Shown here one piece after another: positions 42,455-53,096 of a DNA stretch of 64,000 nucleotides. The translations under genes were made by a program, and so were the position numbers. How positions within the stretch are numbered: position 1 is the stretch's first letter; every line of letters starts with the position of its first letter. The stretch spans positions 518,296-582,295 of the forward strand of contig CAVURN010000005.1 of NCBI GenBank assembly GCA_963743915.1, written 5' to 3'. Under the pieces are notes generated by a model. That model worked only from the letters and a program-made list of their open reading frames with translations, was not told the origin of the DNA and ran no database searches. The DNA comes from an uncultured Actinomycetota bacterium. Its GTDB lineage: Bacteria > Actinomycetota > Actinomycetes > JAHEKZ01.

Positions 42455-42937
42455 CTAGCTGGCGAGCACCTCGTCGAGGATGGCCTCGGCCTTGTCCTCG
42501 TTGGTGTGCTCGGCGAGGGCGAGCTCGGAGACCAGGATCTGCCGGGCCTTGGCCAGCATCCGCTTCTCACCGGCGGAGAGCCCGCGGTCCTGCTCACGGC
42601 GGAAGAGGTCGCGGACCACCTCGGCGACCTTGATCACGTCACCGGAGGCCAGCTTCTCCAGGTTCGCCTTGTAGCGGCGGGACCAGTTGGTGGGCTCCTC
42701 GGTGTACGGCATGCGCAGGACGTCGAAGACCCGCTCCAGGCCGGCGGCGTTCACCACGTCGCGGACGCCGACGTACTCGGCGTTGTCCGCCGGGACCCGG
42801 ACGGTGAGGTCGCCCTGGGCCACCTTCAGCACCAGGTAGAGCCGCTCCTCGCCCTTGACGACGCGCGTCTCGACGGCCTCGATCTTGGCTGCTCCGTGGT
42901 GGGGGTAGACGACCGTCTCGCCGACCTCGAACGTCAT
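42455..42937 (-). CDS. carD: CarD transcriptional regulator
   Basis: [32 protein letters not shown]. Confidence 0.97.
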   Translation of the reverse strand: MTFEVGETVVYPHHGAAKIEAVETRVVKGEERLYLVLKVAQGDLTVRVPADNAEYVGVRDVVNAAGLERVFDVLRMPYTEEPTNWSRRYKANLEKLASGDVIKVAEVVRDLFRREQDRGLSAGEKRMLAKARQILVSELALAEHTNEDKAEAILDEVLAS

Positions 42938-43205
42938 ATGGTGATGTCCCCTCGCGTAGCCAGGCCGGTGGGTGAGCGGCGTCTGGAGTTGTTCGTCGAG
43001 GACCTAGTCTAACACGCCCCGCGGACCCCCCCGACGGCGTTTCCGCAGGTCAGGCCCCTGTTCACGACCCGAGGAACCTCGAGCGGGGGGTTGACAGAAC
43101 CGGGTGGGCCGTGGCACGCGCGCGCCCGTCGGCCACCGGCCCGCCGCGCCCCACCGCCGTCCACCGCGCGTTGGCGGCGTCCGCGATCGGGGGGATACTC
43201 GGCCC

Positions 43206-43970
43206 ATGAGCGGTGCGCGCGGAGCCGGACCTGGTCCCGACGGCCACCACGACGACCTCCTGCCGGAGGACCTCGAGGGGCTGACCCTCCAGGCCCCCGA
43301 CGACGCCAGCGAGCTCGACGCCGACCGGGACCGCTGGCTCCAGGACGCCCGGGCGCTGCCCCCGGCGTCCCCCCTGAGGCCGCTCTCCGACCGCAGGACC
43401 GCCCGACGCCGACGCCTCACGATCACCGCCTCGGTGGTGCTGATCTCGATGGCGGGGGTGGCGGTGTCCGGCGCCGTCGGTGCCTGGATCGTCGGCCCGC
43501 ACGCCGCACAGCCCCCCGCTGCGCCTCTGGCCAGCGTCGCGCCGGCCCCCGGTCAGATCGGCGGCCTGCTGCCGGAGGCCACCCTGGAGAAGGCCGGCGC
43601 CCCCGTCTCCTCCCGCAGCCTGCGCCCGGCCGTCCTGGCTCTGGTGCCCCCCGACTGCCCGGAGTGCGCGGCACTGCTCTCCTCCATCGCCCCGTCCGTC
43701 GGGTCGTTCGGCGTCTCGCTGGTGGCGGTCGGCGGCCCCGACCAGTCCGCCCAGCTGGCCGACCTGCGCGAGGGGGTGGGCACGGCCCGGCTGTCCGCCG
43801 TCAGCGACCCCGGTGAGGTCCTGCGGGGCGCCTACGGGCTGACCGGGGTGACCCTGCTGCTGGTGCGTGACGACGGAGTGGTGGTGGACGTCGTCCGCCA
43901 CCCGACGACGGACGTCCACCTGGAGTCCGCCCTCGTCGAGCTGGTGCCGGCGATCGGCCTGGACACCTGA
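43206..43970 (+). CDS. Membrane-anchored thioredoxin-like hypothetical protein
   Basis: PDDASELDAD, TM, CPEC motif, LLLVRDDG. Confidence 0.65.
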   Translation: MSGARGAGPGPDGHHDDLLPEDLEGLTLQAPDDASELDADRDRWLQDARALPPASPLRPLSDRRTARRRRLTITASVVLISMAGVAVSGAVGAWIVGPHAAQPPAAPLASVAPAPGQIGGLLPEATLEKAGAPVSSRSLRPAVLALVPPDCPECAALLSSIAPSVGSFGVSLVAVGGPDQSAQLADLREGVGTARLSAVSDPGEVLRGAYGLTGVTLLLVRDDGVVVDVVRHPTTDVHLESALVELVPAIGLDT

Positions 43971-44043
43971 CCGGTCGGCTGACCAGGGTCGACACCGCTG
44001 ACCTGCCGCCCTGGCGCGGCCCGCACCCTCTACGCTGTCGGCC

Positions 44044-44537
44044 ATGACGCGCCAGCTCCGACGCCCCCTCGCGGCCGCCTTCGTCGGCCTCCTGCTCCTC
44101 ACCGGCTGTCAGGCCGGCCAGACCGCCCAGACCAGCCAGGACTACGACGGGGCCGACGGACGCAACGTCAACGTCCCCGAGGACGCCGCCTTCGACGACG
44201 ACTACATGGCGGTCCGCAACGCGCTCGTGGTCAGCTTCGGCGAGGACGCCTCACTGACACTGACGCTCGTCAACAACGCGGCCGAGGGCGACGTGCTGCA
44301 GCAGGCCGTCGTCGGCGAGACGCCCGTCGAGATCGACGGAGGGCCGATCGAGGTCGCCCCCAACCAGCGGGTGCGGATGGGGATCGGCTCAGAGATCGCG
44401 ACGTCCGTCCCGGGGCGAACCTCGCCCCCGGCGACTGGACGACCCTGACGCTCTCCTTCGCCAGCGCGGGCAGCACGACGTTGGACGTGCTCGTGGTGCC
44501 GCCGGGCGACGAGTACGTCATCGCTCCCGGCGCCTGA
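44044..44537 (+). CDS. Lipoprotein, LpqE/PCu(A)C-like (frameshift near 44410)
   Basis: Lipobox LLTGC; GQTAQT; C-terminus LAPGDWTTLTLSFASAG in the shifted frame. Confidence 0.7.
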
Positions 44538-44552
44538 GGGGCTCGGCAGTCG

Positions 44553-45233
44553 TCAGGCCTCGAACTTGTAGCCCAGGCCGCGCAGCGTGATGATGTGCCG
44601 CGGGTTGGCGGGGTCAGGCTCGATCTTCGCCCGCAGCCGCTTGATGTGGACGTCGAGCGTCTTGGTGTCTCCGACGTAGTCCGAGCCCCACACCCGATCG
44701 ATGAGCTGCATCCGGGTCAGGACGCGTCCGGCGTTGCGGAGCAGCATCTCGAGCAGCTCGAACTCCTTCAGCGGAAGCTTCAGCGTCTCGCCGCGCACCG
44801 TCACCACGTGCCGCTCGATGTCCATGCGGACCGGCCCGCCCTCGAGCACCGGTGGCAGCAGGTCCTCCGCCTCACCGCCTCGCCGAAGCACCGCACGGAT
44901 CCGCGCGACGAGCTCGCGCGAGGAGAACGGCTTGGTCACGTAGTCGTCGGCACCGAGCTCGAGACCGACCACCTTGTCGATCTCGCTGTCCTTGGCGGTG
45001 AGCATGATCACCGGGACGTTGGAGCGCTGACGGATCGAGCGGCACACCTCGGTGCCGGGCACGCCGGGCAGCATCAGGTCGAGCAGCACCAGGTCGGCAC
45101 CGTTGCGGTCGAAGTCGTCGATCGCGTCGTGACCGTTGCTGGCCACGGCCACCTCGTACCCCTCCTTGCGGAGCATGTACGAGAGCGCGTCGCTGAACGA
45201 CTCCTCGTCCTCGACGACCAGCACTCGGGTCAC
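44553..45233 (-). CDS. regX3: OmpR-family response regulator RegX3/PhoP
   Basis: MTRVLVVEDEES, ELGADDYVTKPFS, DYVGDTKTLDVHIKRLR. Confidence 0.95.
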   Translation of the reverse strand: MTRVLVVEDEESFSDALSYMLRKEGYEVAVASNGHDAIDDFDRNGADLVLLDLMLPGVPGTEVCRSIRQRSNVPVIMLTAKDSEIDKVVGLELGADDYVTKPFSSRELVARIRAVLRRGGEAEDLLPPVLEGGPVRMDIERHVVTVRGETLKLPLKEFELLEMLLRNAGRVLTRMQLIDRVWGSDYVGDTKTLDVHIKRLRAKIEPDPANPRHIITLRGLGYKFEA

Positions 45234-46324
45234 GGTTGGTCCTCCGGGCTAGGGATGTCGGCGATGTCTGACACCGGGTGCCAGTCGTCGCGGTGCGCCG
45301 GCAGGCGCAGGGTGAACGTCGAGCCGGCACCCTCCGAGCTCCACACGCGCACCTCGCCGCCGTGGTTGGCGGCGACGTGCTTGACGATGGACAGCCCGAG
45401 GCCCGTCCCACCAGTGGCGCGGGAACGCGCAGGGTCGACGCGGTAGAAGCGCTCGAAGATGCGCTCGAGGTCGCGTTCGGGGATGCCGATGCCCTGGTCG
45501 GCCACGCTGATCTCGACGGTGGTGCCGACCAGGTTGACGCCGATGGTGATCCGCGTGTGGTCGGGGCTGTAGTTGATCGCGTTGGCGATCAGGTTGCGCA
45601 GTGCGGTGAAGAGCTGTTCCTCGTCACCGAGCGTCGCGAGCCCGTGCTGGCCGCGTACCTCGAGGCGGATCTCGCGGGCCTCGGCCTCCAGGTGCGTGGC
45701 GTCGACCGCCTCGGCGACCACGTCGTCGACGTTGACGACCTTCGCTCCGCGCAGCGGGTCGTGACTCTGCAGGCGGGACAGCGCGATGAGGTCCTGCACC
45801 ATCATCGTGAGCCGGTGCGACTCGTGCTGCATGCGCGCCGCGAAGCGACGGACGGCCTGCGGGTCGTCGGCCGAGCCGGCCACCGCCTCCGACAGCAGGG
45901 CGAGCGCGCCGACGGGCGTCTTGAGCTCGTGACTGACGTTGGCGACGAAGTCGCGACGGACGGCGTCCAGTCTGCGCAGTGCCGTCTGGTCCTCGGCGAG
46001 CAGCAGCACGAGGTCGCCGAGAGGGGCGAGCCGGACGTCGAGCACGAGCAGCTCGGTGCCGCGGTGTCCTCGGGGCACCTCCACCTCGAGCTCGCGCACC
46101 TGTCCGTCCCGTCGCACCTGGCGCGCCATGAGCGCGAGCGTCTCGACGCGCAACCGGTTGCCGCGGACGAGGCCGTAGGGCAGGGCCGAGGGACTGGAGC
46201 GGACGACGCGGTCGCGCCCGTCGAGCACGACCCAGGCCGACGTGAGAGCCGACAGCACAGCCTCTGCCCCGGGGGGCAGCGCCGGCGAACCGGCTTCGAC
46301 CGGTGTGGGTGATGCTTCTGACAC
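45230..46324 (-). CDS. senX3: Sensor histidine kinase SenX3/PhoR
   Basis: FVANVSHELKTP, NAINYS, IFERFYRVD, GTGLGL; probable leaderless GTG after a TACTGT -10. Confidence 0.92.
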   Translation of the reverse strand: MSEASPTPVEAGSPALPPGAEAVLSALTSAWVVLDGRDRVVRSSPSALPYGLVRGNRLRVETLALMARQVRRDGQVRELEVEVPRGHRGTELLVLDVRLAPLGDLVLLLAEDQTALRRLDAVRRDFVANVSHELKTPVGALALLSEAVAGSADDPQAVRRFAARMQHESHRLTMMVQDLIALSRLQSHDPLRGAKVVNVDDVVAEAVDATHLEAEAREIRLEVRGQHGLATLGDEEQLFTALRNLIANAINYSPDHTRITIGVNLVGTTVEISVADQGIGIPERDLERIFERFYRVDPARSRATGGTGLGLSIVKHVAANHGGEVRVWSSEGAGSTFTLRLPAHRDDWHPVSDIADIPSPEDQP

Positions 46325-46396
46325 GACACCACAGTAGGCGTCCGGGCGGCGTCTGTTCGCTTTCGGGGACCCGGATCCACCGACCGTTGGGCAGAA

Positions 46397-46446
46397 GTTC
46401 ACCGTGGCGTGGTGGATGGTTCACCGTCTCGCCCCTGGCGTTCACG
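46397..46446 (+). promoter_or_regulatory. PHO-box-like GTTCAC direct repeats
   Basis: GTTCACC at 46397 and 46419, GTTCACG at 46440, between the phoR-like gene and phoU. Confidence 0.75.
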
Positions 46447-46468
46447 GACGTGCCTCTAGGCTGTGCGC

Positions 46469-47128
46469 ATGCGCCAGCAGTACCACGAGCAGCTGAACGA
46501 GATCAGCGAGCGACTTGTCGAGATGACCCAGCTGGTCGGCGACGCGATGGGCCGAGCCACCCGTGCCCTCCTCAACGCCGACCTGCAGGCGGCGGAGTCG
46601 GTGATCGCCAGCGACGTCGACATCGACGAGCGAGCCGACAGCCTCGAGGAGCTGACCCTCGACGTCATCGCACTGCAGGCTCCCGTGGCCGGTGAGCTCC
46701 GGTCACTGGTCGGTGCACTGCGCATCAGCACGACCCTCGAGCGGATGGGCGACCTCGCCGAGCACATCGCCCGCAGCGCACGTCGTCGCTACCCCGACCT
46801 GGCGGTGCCCGAGGAGCTGCACGAGACCATCCGCGAGATGGGCGACCTCGCCGTCCGGCTCGTCTACGAGACCGGCGAGATCATCACGTCCGTCGACGTC
46901 GCCCACGCGCTGCGTCTGGAGGTCGAGGACGACCGGATGGACGAGCTGCACCGGCAGATGTTCATGAAGATCCTCTCCCCGGACTGGTCGCACGGCGTCG
47001 AGACCGCCATCGACGTGACCCTGATCAGCCGCTTCTACGAGCGATTCGCCGACCACGCCGTGTCAGTCGCGCGGCGCGTCGTGCACCAGGCCACCGGCCA
47101 GCGTCCGCAGACCCTCGAGCACGACTAG
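46469..47128 (+). CDS. phoU: Phosphate signalling protein PhoU
   Basis: LQAPVAGELR, LERMGDLAEHIA, FYERFADHAVS. Confidence 0.95.
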   Translation: MRQQYHEQLNEISERLVEMTQLVGDAMGRATRALLNADLQAAESVIASDVDIDERADSLEELTLDVIALQAPVAGELRSLVGALRISTTLERMGDLAEHIARSARRRYPDLAVPEELHETIREMGDLAVRLVYETGEIITSVDVAHALRLEVEDDRMDELHRQMFMKILSPDWSHGVETAIDVTLISRFYERFADHAVSVARRVVHQATGQRPQTLEHD

Positions 47129-47161
47129 CCCACAGGGGCCGAGCGTCCCCCCACCGTCGAG

Positions 47162-47220
47162 TGAAGCGATACTCACGCTTTTCGACGGTCAGAGCCCGCG
47201 GAATCGTGAGTATCGCTTCA
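47162..47220. repeat. Intergenic hairpin (family F, single copy in window)
   Basis: TGAAGCGATACTCACG...CGTGAGTATCGCTTCA, perfect 16-bp arms with a 27-nt loop. Confidence 0.75.
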
Positions 47221-47346
47221 ATGGACGCATCCGACGCGCTGTCACGTCCACCGACGACACACTCGGCCTCCAGAAACATCCCCCAGGCACGCAGTCGGCG
47301 GGCTGTGGCGAACGTCAGCCAGGGGGAACTGGGTTGGCTGTGGCGC

Positions 47347-48093
47347 TCACCGGCCCTGGGAGGCCACCGCCTTGATGGCGTCCGCCGCCGCATCGGGGTC
47401 GAGGTAGCGACCGCCAGGGGTGGTCGGACGGAGGTCGGCGTCCAGCTCGTAGAGCAGCGGGATGCCGGTGGGGATGTTCAGCCCGGCGATCTCCCCGTCA
47501 CTGATGCCGTCGAGGTGCTTGACCAGGGCACGCAGCGAGTTGCCGTGGGCCGTCACGAGCACGACCCGTCCGGTCCGCAGATCCGGGACGATCGCGTCGT
47601 ACCAGTACGGCAGCATCCGCTCGAGCACGTCCTTGAGGCACTCGCTGCGCGGCATCAGCTCCGACGGCAGTGACGCGTAGCGCGGGTCACCCACCTGCGA
47701 GTACTCGTCGTCGTCGGGCAACGGCGGGGGCGGGGTGTCGTACGAACGACGCCAGAGCATGAACTGCTCCTCGCCGAACTCGTCCAGCGTCTGCTTCTTG
47801 TCCTTGCCCTGCAGCGCGCCGTAGTGCCGTTCGTTCAGACGCCACGACCGCCGCACCGGGATCCACTGACGGTCGCAGGCCTCGAGGGCCAGCTCCGCCG
47901 TGCGGATGGCGCGCCGCTGCACCGACGTGTGCACGACGTCCGGCAAGAAGCCGGCGGACGCCATCAGCTCGCCTCCGCGGACGGCCTCGGCGCGTCCGAC
48001 CTCGGTGAGACCGACGTCGACCCAGCCGGTGAACAGGTTCTTCGCGTTCCACTCGCTCTGCCCGTGACGGAGCAGCACCAACGTCGCAGCCAT
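47347..48093 (-). CDS. gpmA: 2,3-BPG-dependent phosphoglycerate mutase
   Basis: [30 protein letters not shown]. Confidence 0.97.
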   Translation of the reverse strand: MAATLVLLRHGQSEWNAKNLFTGWVDVGLTEVGRAEAVRGGELMASAGFLPDVVHTSVQRRAIRTAELALEACDRQWIPVRRSWRLNERHYGALQGKDKKQTLDEFGEEQFMLWRRSYDTPPPPLPDDDEYSQVGDPRYASLPSELMPRSECLKDVLERMLPYWYDAIVPDLRTGRVVLVTAHGNSLRALVKHLDGISDGEIAGLNIPTGIPLLYELDADLRPTTPGGRYLDPDAAADAIKAVASQGR

Positions 48094-48161
48094 GCAGCGA
48101 GCGTATCGCCGCGGGACGTTGGTCCATGGGGCGGCTCTGACCCGAGGGTTAGCGTGGACCC

Positions 48162-48548
48162 ATGACTGAGACTGAGACCCACGTGCACTCCCGTTCCTAC
48201 GGCAAGGGAGTCCAGGAGGAGCTTCGCGACCCGGCGCTGGCGCTGCGCAAGATGATCCCCGACGTCTACGACGGCTTCACCGCGCTGAAGAAGGCCTCCA
48301 GCAGCGCCGGTGCGCTCGACGCCAAGACCAAGGAGCTCATCGCCCTGGCGATCGCCGTCGCCGACCAGTGCGACGGGTGCATCGCGTCACACGCGCGCGG
48401 CGCCGCCCGGGCGCACGCCACCGAGCAGGAGGTCGCCGAGACCCTCGGCGTCTGCATCCAGATGATGGGCGGCCCCGGCACCGTGTACGGCCCCCGCGCC
48501 TTCGCCGCCTTCCGCGAGTTCGCCGAGCACTACGCGTCGCGCGGCTGA
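48162..48548 (+). CDS. Carboxymuconolactone decarboxylase / AhpD-like protein
   Basis: [21 protein letters not shown]. Confidence 0.88.
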   Translation: MTETETHVHSRSYGKGVQEELRDPALALRKMIPDVYDGFTALKKASSSAGALDAKTKELIALAIAVADQCDGCIASHARGAARAHATEQEVAETLGVCIQMMGGPGTVYGPRAFAAFREFAEHYASRG

Positions 48549-49046
48549 CCTGGGTCTGCGTCGTCGACCAGGTGCGTGAACGCCTGCAGGTTGGCGAGCG
48601 ACTCACCGCGTGAGACGCGCCACGCCCACTCGCGGCGGATGCTCGTGGCGAAGCCGAGCTCGAGCAGGGTGTTGAACGACGAGTCGGCGACGTCGAGCAC
48701 GCGACCGAGCAGCTGGTCCACCTCGGCCGACGGTGATCCCGGTCAGCGGCAGCTGCCCGACCAGGTAGACGTCACCGAGCGGGTCGACCCCGAACGCCAG
48801 CCCCGGGTGCCGCGCGTTGTGCTGCAGCAACCAGCGGTGCACGGCATCGGTGTTCTCGTCGGGGTGCCTGATGACGAAGGCGTTGACGGTCAGGCTGTGC
48901 GGTCCCACGACGATCGACACCGTCGTCCGAAGCTTGCGCTCACCCGGCAGCACGGCGACGAAAGTCCCCGGCGCCGAGACCTCGTAGGGCACGGCCAGCT
49001 CGTCAAGGGCTGATCGGACCGTGTCGACGGCGTCACCAGTGGTCAC
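48530..49046 (-). CDS. YbjN-domain protein (frameshift near 48725)
   Basis: LPGERKL, FVIRHPDEN, SFNTLLELGF..EWAWRVSRGES; usual neighbour of mshA. Confidence 0.82.
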
Positions 49047-49064
49047 GCGGGCATTCTGCCCCGG

Positions 49065-50329
49065 TCAGGACGCCACGCGCTGCAGACGACGAGCAGCGAT
49101 GGCCTGCTCGTAGACGGCGAGCGTGCCGCGCGCGGTGGCGTCCCAGCCGAACTCGCGGGCGTGCTGCACGGCTCCGGCCGACAGCGCCGCACGACGCCGC
49201 GGCTCACGGATCAGCCGCGCCAGCGCATCGGCGTAGTGCTGCGGGTCGTGCCCCTCGATCAGGACGCCGGACACGCCGTCGGCGACAGCCGTCCGAAGGC
49301 CACCGACCGACGACGCGACGACCGGCGTCCCACAGGCCTGCGACTCGATGGCGACGAGGCCGAACGACTCGTTGTACGACGGAACGACGGTGACGTCCGC
49401 CGCGCGGTACCAGTCGACCAGCGCTGCCTGTCCGACCGGCGGCGCGAACCGCACGACGTCGGAGATGCCGAGCTGGTCGGCAAGTCCCTGCAGGTGGTCG
49501 GGGTGCGCGAGACCGCTGCCGCTCGGACCGCCCACGACCGCGACGACGAGCTCGTCGCGCAGGGACGGGTCATCCTCGAGCAGCCGAGCAGCTGCGTGGA
49601 GCAGCACGTCCGGCGCCTTGAGCGGCTGGATGCGTCCGACGAACAGCAGCACGTGGGCCGACGCCGGCAGCCCGAGCCTGCTGCGCGCGTCGGCGGCGTC
49701 GCCGGGAGTGAATCGGGAGAGGTCGACACCCGGCGGGACGGTCGCCACCTGCGCCGGATGCGCGTCGTAGAGGTCGATGAGCTGTTCGGCCTCGGCCGGT
49801 GTGTTGGCGAGCAGCCGGTCGGCCGAGGCCACGAGCGCATGCTCGCCGAGCACGCGTGCCTGAGGGCTCGGGGATGTCGCCGTCGGCCAGCAACGAGTTC
49901 TTGACCTTGGCCATGGTGTGCATCGAGTGCACGAGCGGCACCTGCCAGCGGTCCTGCGCGAGCGTCCCGACCTGGCCGGACAGCCAGTAGTGGGAGTGCA
50001 CGAGGTCGAAGTGACCGGGGTCGTGCTGCGCCTCGACCCGCAGGACGCCGGACGCGAACGGGCACAGCAGCGCCGGCAGGTCCTCCTTGGCGAGCGGCTC
50101 GAACGGGCCGGCGGCGATGTGGCGCACCAGCACACCCGGCGCGAGCGTCGACGACGGCGGGCAGTGCACCGGAGGTGGCGCGGGTGAAGATCTCGACCTC
50201 GACGCCGAGCTCGGCGAGGCGTCGGGCGGTCTCGACGATGTAGACGTTCATGCCGCCGGCGTCACCTGTGCCCGGCTGGTCGAGGGGGGAGGTGTGAACG
50301 GTGAGCATGGCGACCCGGGACGGGGTCAT
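49065..50329 (-). CDS. mshA: D-inositol-3-phosphate glycosyltransferase (two frameshifts)
   Basis: [54 protein letters not shown]. Confidence 0.93.
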
Positions 50330-50500
50330 CCGGTGGAGCGAGCTCACCCGAGTCATCCCTTCGTCACCGGAGCGTGGGGCGTCCTTCAGACGCCTCTTGG
50401 TCGAACCGCCGTTGATCCTGCCGCATTCCCTCAGGGCGGGCCACTGCAGGTGGGTTACCCGCCGGTTCAGGTCCTCAACCGCGTGAGGCACAGTGGACGG

Positions 50501-51040
50501 GTGTCTCCGACGACCTTTCGCACCGAACGCCTGACCTTGCGCCCGTGGGACCCCGACGACGCGGCGGACGTCGCCACGGCCTTCGACATCTACCGACGCG
50601 ACGAGGTCGCGCGCTGGCTCGGCGCCAACCCCGCACCGTGGACCGACGAGCAGATGGCCCACGAGAAGCTGCTGCGCTGGCAGTCGTGGATGACCGACGA
50701 ACCCGGCTACGGCCTGTGGGCGATCGTCCCGGACGGCCTCGCGTCGCCCGTGGGCACGGCGCTGCTGGCCCATCTGCCCGACGCTGAGGGTGAGGACACC
50801 GAGGACGTCGAGGTCGGCTGGCACCTGCACCCCGACCACTGGGGTCACGGGTACGCCACCGAGGCGGCGCAGCGACTGATGGAGCACGCGCGCGACGACC
50901 TGGGGCTGTCCGCGATCAACGCCCTGGCCTATCCCGGGAACGACCGATCACTGGCCGTGATGCGCCGTCTGGGCATGGTCCCTCGGGGCGAGACGGACCG
51001 CTGGTACGGCGTCCAGCTGCTGTGGTGGTCCACCCCCTGA
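50501..51040 (+). CDS. GNAT acetyltransferase (RimJ/RimL-like)
   Basis: [42 protein letters not shown]. Confidence 0.88.
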   Translation: MSPTTFRTERLTLRPWDPDDAADVATAFDIYRRDEVARWLGANPAPWTDEQMAHEKLLRWQSWMTDEPGYGLWAIVPDGLASPVGTALLAHLPDAEGEDTEDVEVGWHLHPDHWGHGYATEAAQRLMEHARDDLGLSAINALAYPGNDRSLAVMRRLGMVPRGETDRWYGVQLLWWSTP

Positions 51041-51042
51041 AC

Positions 51043-51094
51043 GGGTGCGGTGTGACACCGTTCCCGTTGATTGCAGGAATCACCGCACCCATGG
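51043..51094 (+). repeat. Hairpin family C, copy 3
   Basis: GGGTGCGGTGTGACACCGTTCCCGTTGATTGCAGGAATCACCGCACCCATGG. Confidence 0.88.
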
Positions 51095-51148
51095 GCGGCG
51101 CACGGCGTCGTGTCGGTGCCATACTCACGGGGACGGACGGAGGACCGC

Positions 51149-51292
51149 GTGAGGACCTGGCAGCTGCTGCTCATTCTGTTCGTGCTGGCGGTGATCGCGC
51201 TCTGGCTCATGAGCCGCAGGATAACCGTGGCGACCGCGGCGACCCAGAGCCGTCCGCCGAAGACCCCCAAGACTCCGGACGACCGGCTCTAG
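51149..51292 (+). CDS. Small single-TM protein (47 aa)
   Basis: GGAGG RBS; VRTWQLLLILFVLAVIALWLMSRR. Confidence 0.5.
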   Translation: MRTWQLLLILFVLAVIALWLMSRRITVATAATQSRPPKTPKTPDDRL

Positions 51293-51309
51293 CTGCTGGG
51301 AGTCAGTCC

Positions 51310-51486
51310 GTGGAGATGCTGATCGGCCTGGTAGTCGTGGCTGTCCTGATCGCGCTCCTCATGTGGCTGCAGGTCCGGCGCGACAACCCAAGACATCGAG
51401 GCAGCGACCGGCCACGGGAGGTCTCCGACGGGGCGCCGCGGACACCACCACCCGGCATCGACGGCTTCTTCCGCGGCTCAGGCTGA
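51310..51486 (+). CDS. Small single-TM protein (58 aa)
   Basis: GGGAG RBS; MLIGLVVVAVLIALLMWLQVRR. Confidence 0.5.
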   Translation: MEMLIGLVVVAVLIALLMWLQVRRDNPRHRGSDRPREVSDGAPRTPPPGIDGFFRGSG

Positions 51487-52222
51487 GGCGCTGTCGGTCA
51501 GGCGGATGCGGAGGCGGCGGAACCCCTTGCCCTTGTTCTCCACCTTGACGACCTCGATGCCCGCCGATCTGACGCGTCGACGCCACGTGCGTCCCGCCGT
51601 CCGCCTGGGTGTCGAGCCCGACGATGTCGACGATGCGCACGACCTCGAGCTCGGGTGGCAGCAGGTTCGTCGCGGTGCGGATGATGTCGGGGATCTGGAA
51701 CGCCTCGTCGCGCGGCAGGGTCTTCACCTCGATCGCCCGGTCGGCGGCGATCTCCTCGGCACACCCCTGGGCAACGCGCTCCTTGAACCCTTCCGGCACC
51801 TCCGGGAGGTTGAAGTCCATCCGCGCCTCGAGCGGTTCCATGTTCCCGCCGGTCACGAGGCACCCGTACTCGCGGAACACGACGCCTGACAGCAGGTGCA
51901 GCCCCGAGTGCGTCCGCATCAGCGCAGTGCGGCGGTCGTCCTCGATCGCGCCACGCACCGAGGTGCCGGCCGGTGGCACCGGGTCACCTTCGGCGGGGAC
52001 GAGCCGGATGTCGTCACCCCGTCGGGCTCCGACGATCCGCGTCTGCACACCACCCCACAGCAGGACGCCGTGGTCCGGCGGCTGTCCCCCGCCGCCGGGA
52101 TAGAAGGCGGAGCGGTCGAGCACGATCCCGTCCTCGTCGACGTCGAGGACGGTGGCGTCCCACTCACGCAGCGTGGCGTCCGTGAGGTCGAGGCGTTCGG
52201 TGCGTCCGTGGTCGTGTCCCAT
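51478..52222 (-). CDS. Alanyl-tRNA editing protein AlaX (frameshift near 51560)
   Basis: LDRSAFYPGGGGQP, MRTHSGLHLLS, QADGGTHV. Confidence 0.88.
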
Positions 52223-52261
52223 GGGGAGAGCCAACCACGTGCCGGACGTGCCGCGCGGCGT

Positions 52262-52313
52262 CCATGGGTGCCGCCATACCTGCAATCAACGGGAACGGTG
52301 TCACACCGCACCC
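52262..52313 (-). repeat. Hairpin family C, copy 4 (inverted relative to copy 3)
   Basis: First 35 nt of its reverse complement are identical to copy 3. Confidence 0.88.
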
Positions 52314-53090
52314 CTACAGGAAGGCCGACACCGTCTCGCGGAGCTTGGCCCGTGCACCCCACACCCAGGGGGTGTCGCTGACGACGAGGTCGGCGCGCGG
52401 CAGCGCCTCGGCGAGCGCCTCCGCGGAGTTGAGCGGGTGGATCGGGTCGTCTCGCTGGGCCAGCACGAGCACCTGAGCGGTGACGTCCGCGAGCGCGTCC
52501 AGCGAGTCCACCACGCGCTGCCGGGGAAGGTGGCGCAGCGCCCCGGCCACCGCTGTCCCGCCGATCTCGGCGGCGTGCCGCCGCGCCCACACCGATGCGT
52601 CCATCCGGCTCCGCGCCGCCGGCGGCTGCAGGGACAGCAGCTCCCTTCCGAGGGCGATCGGGTCGTTGGCGTCGACGGCGTCGGCCAGGGCGTCGGTGAC
52701 GGCCAGCAGTTCTGCGTCCCGCGGCTCCGTCAGCGGTCCCGGCAGCGCCAGCACCACCCGCTCGAACCGGTCCGGAGTCTGCGCCAGCAGTCGCACCAGG
52801 GCACCCGCACCGAGCGAGACACCCAGCGCGCGCGTCGCGCCCACCTCGTCGGCGACCCATCGCACGTCATCGGCCAACCCCTCGTGGCTCCACCCGTCGT
52901 CGGACGCGGGCGGAGTCGAGCCCCCATGGCCCCGCAGGTCGACGAAGACGCGCGATCCCGTCACCGCACTGCCGAACGGACGCGTGTCGGCGATGCTCTG
53001 CGCCAGACCCGGGACGAAGACGGTCACGGGGTCACCCGCGCCAGTGACGACGTAGTGCAGGCGGCGTTCGGCGTCGACGAGCTCAGGCAC
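52314..53090 (-). CDS. Alpha/beta hydrolase
   Basis: DLRGHG, GVSLG nucleophile elbow, DDPIHP. Confidence 0.85.
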   Translation of the reverse strand: MPELVDAERRLHYVVTGAGDPVTVFVPGLAQSIADTRPFGSAVTGSRVFVDLRGHGGSTPPASDDGWSHEGLADDVRWVADEVGATRALGVSLGAGALVRLLAQTPDRFERVVLALPGPLTEPRDAELLAVTDALADAVDANDPIALGRELLSLQPPAARSRMDASVWARRHAAEIGGTAVAGALRHLPRQRVVDSLDALADVTAQVLVLAQRDDPIHPLNSAEALAEALPRADLVVSDTPWVWGARAKLRETVSAFL

Positions 53091-53096
53091 GGACTC

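Noticed and set aside
47221-47345. Possible gene remnant next to hairpin F
   Set aside because: No recognisable protein motif in any frame.
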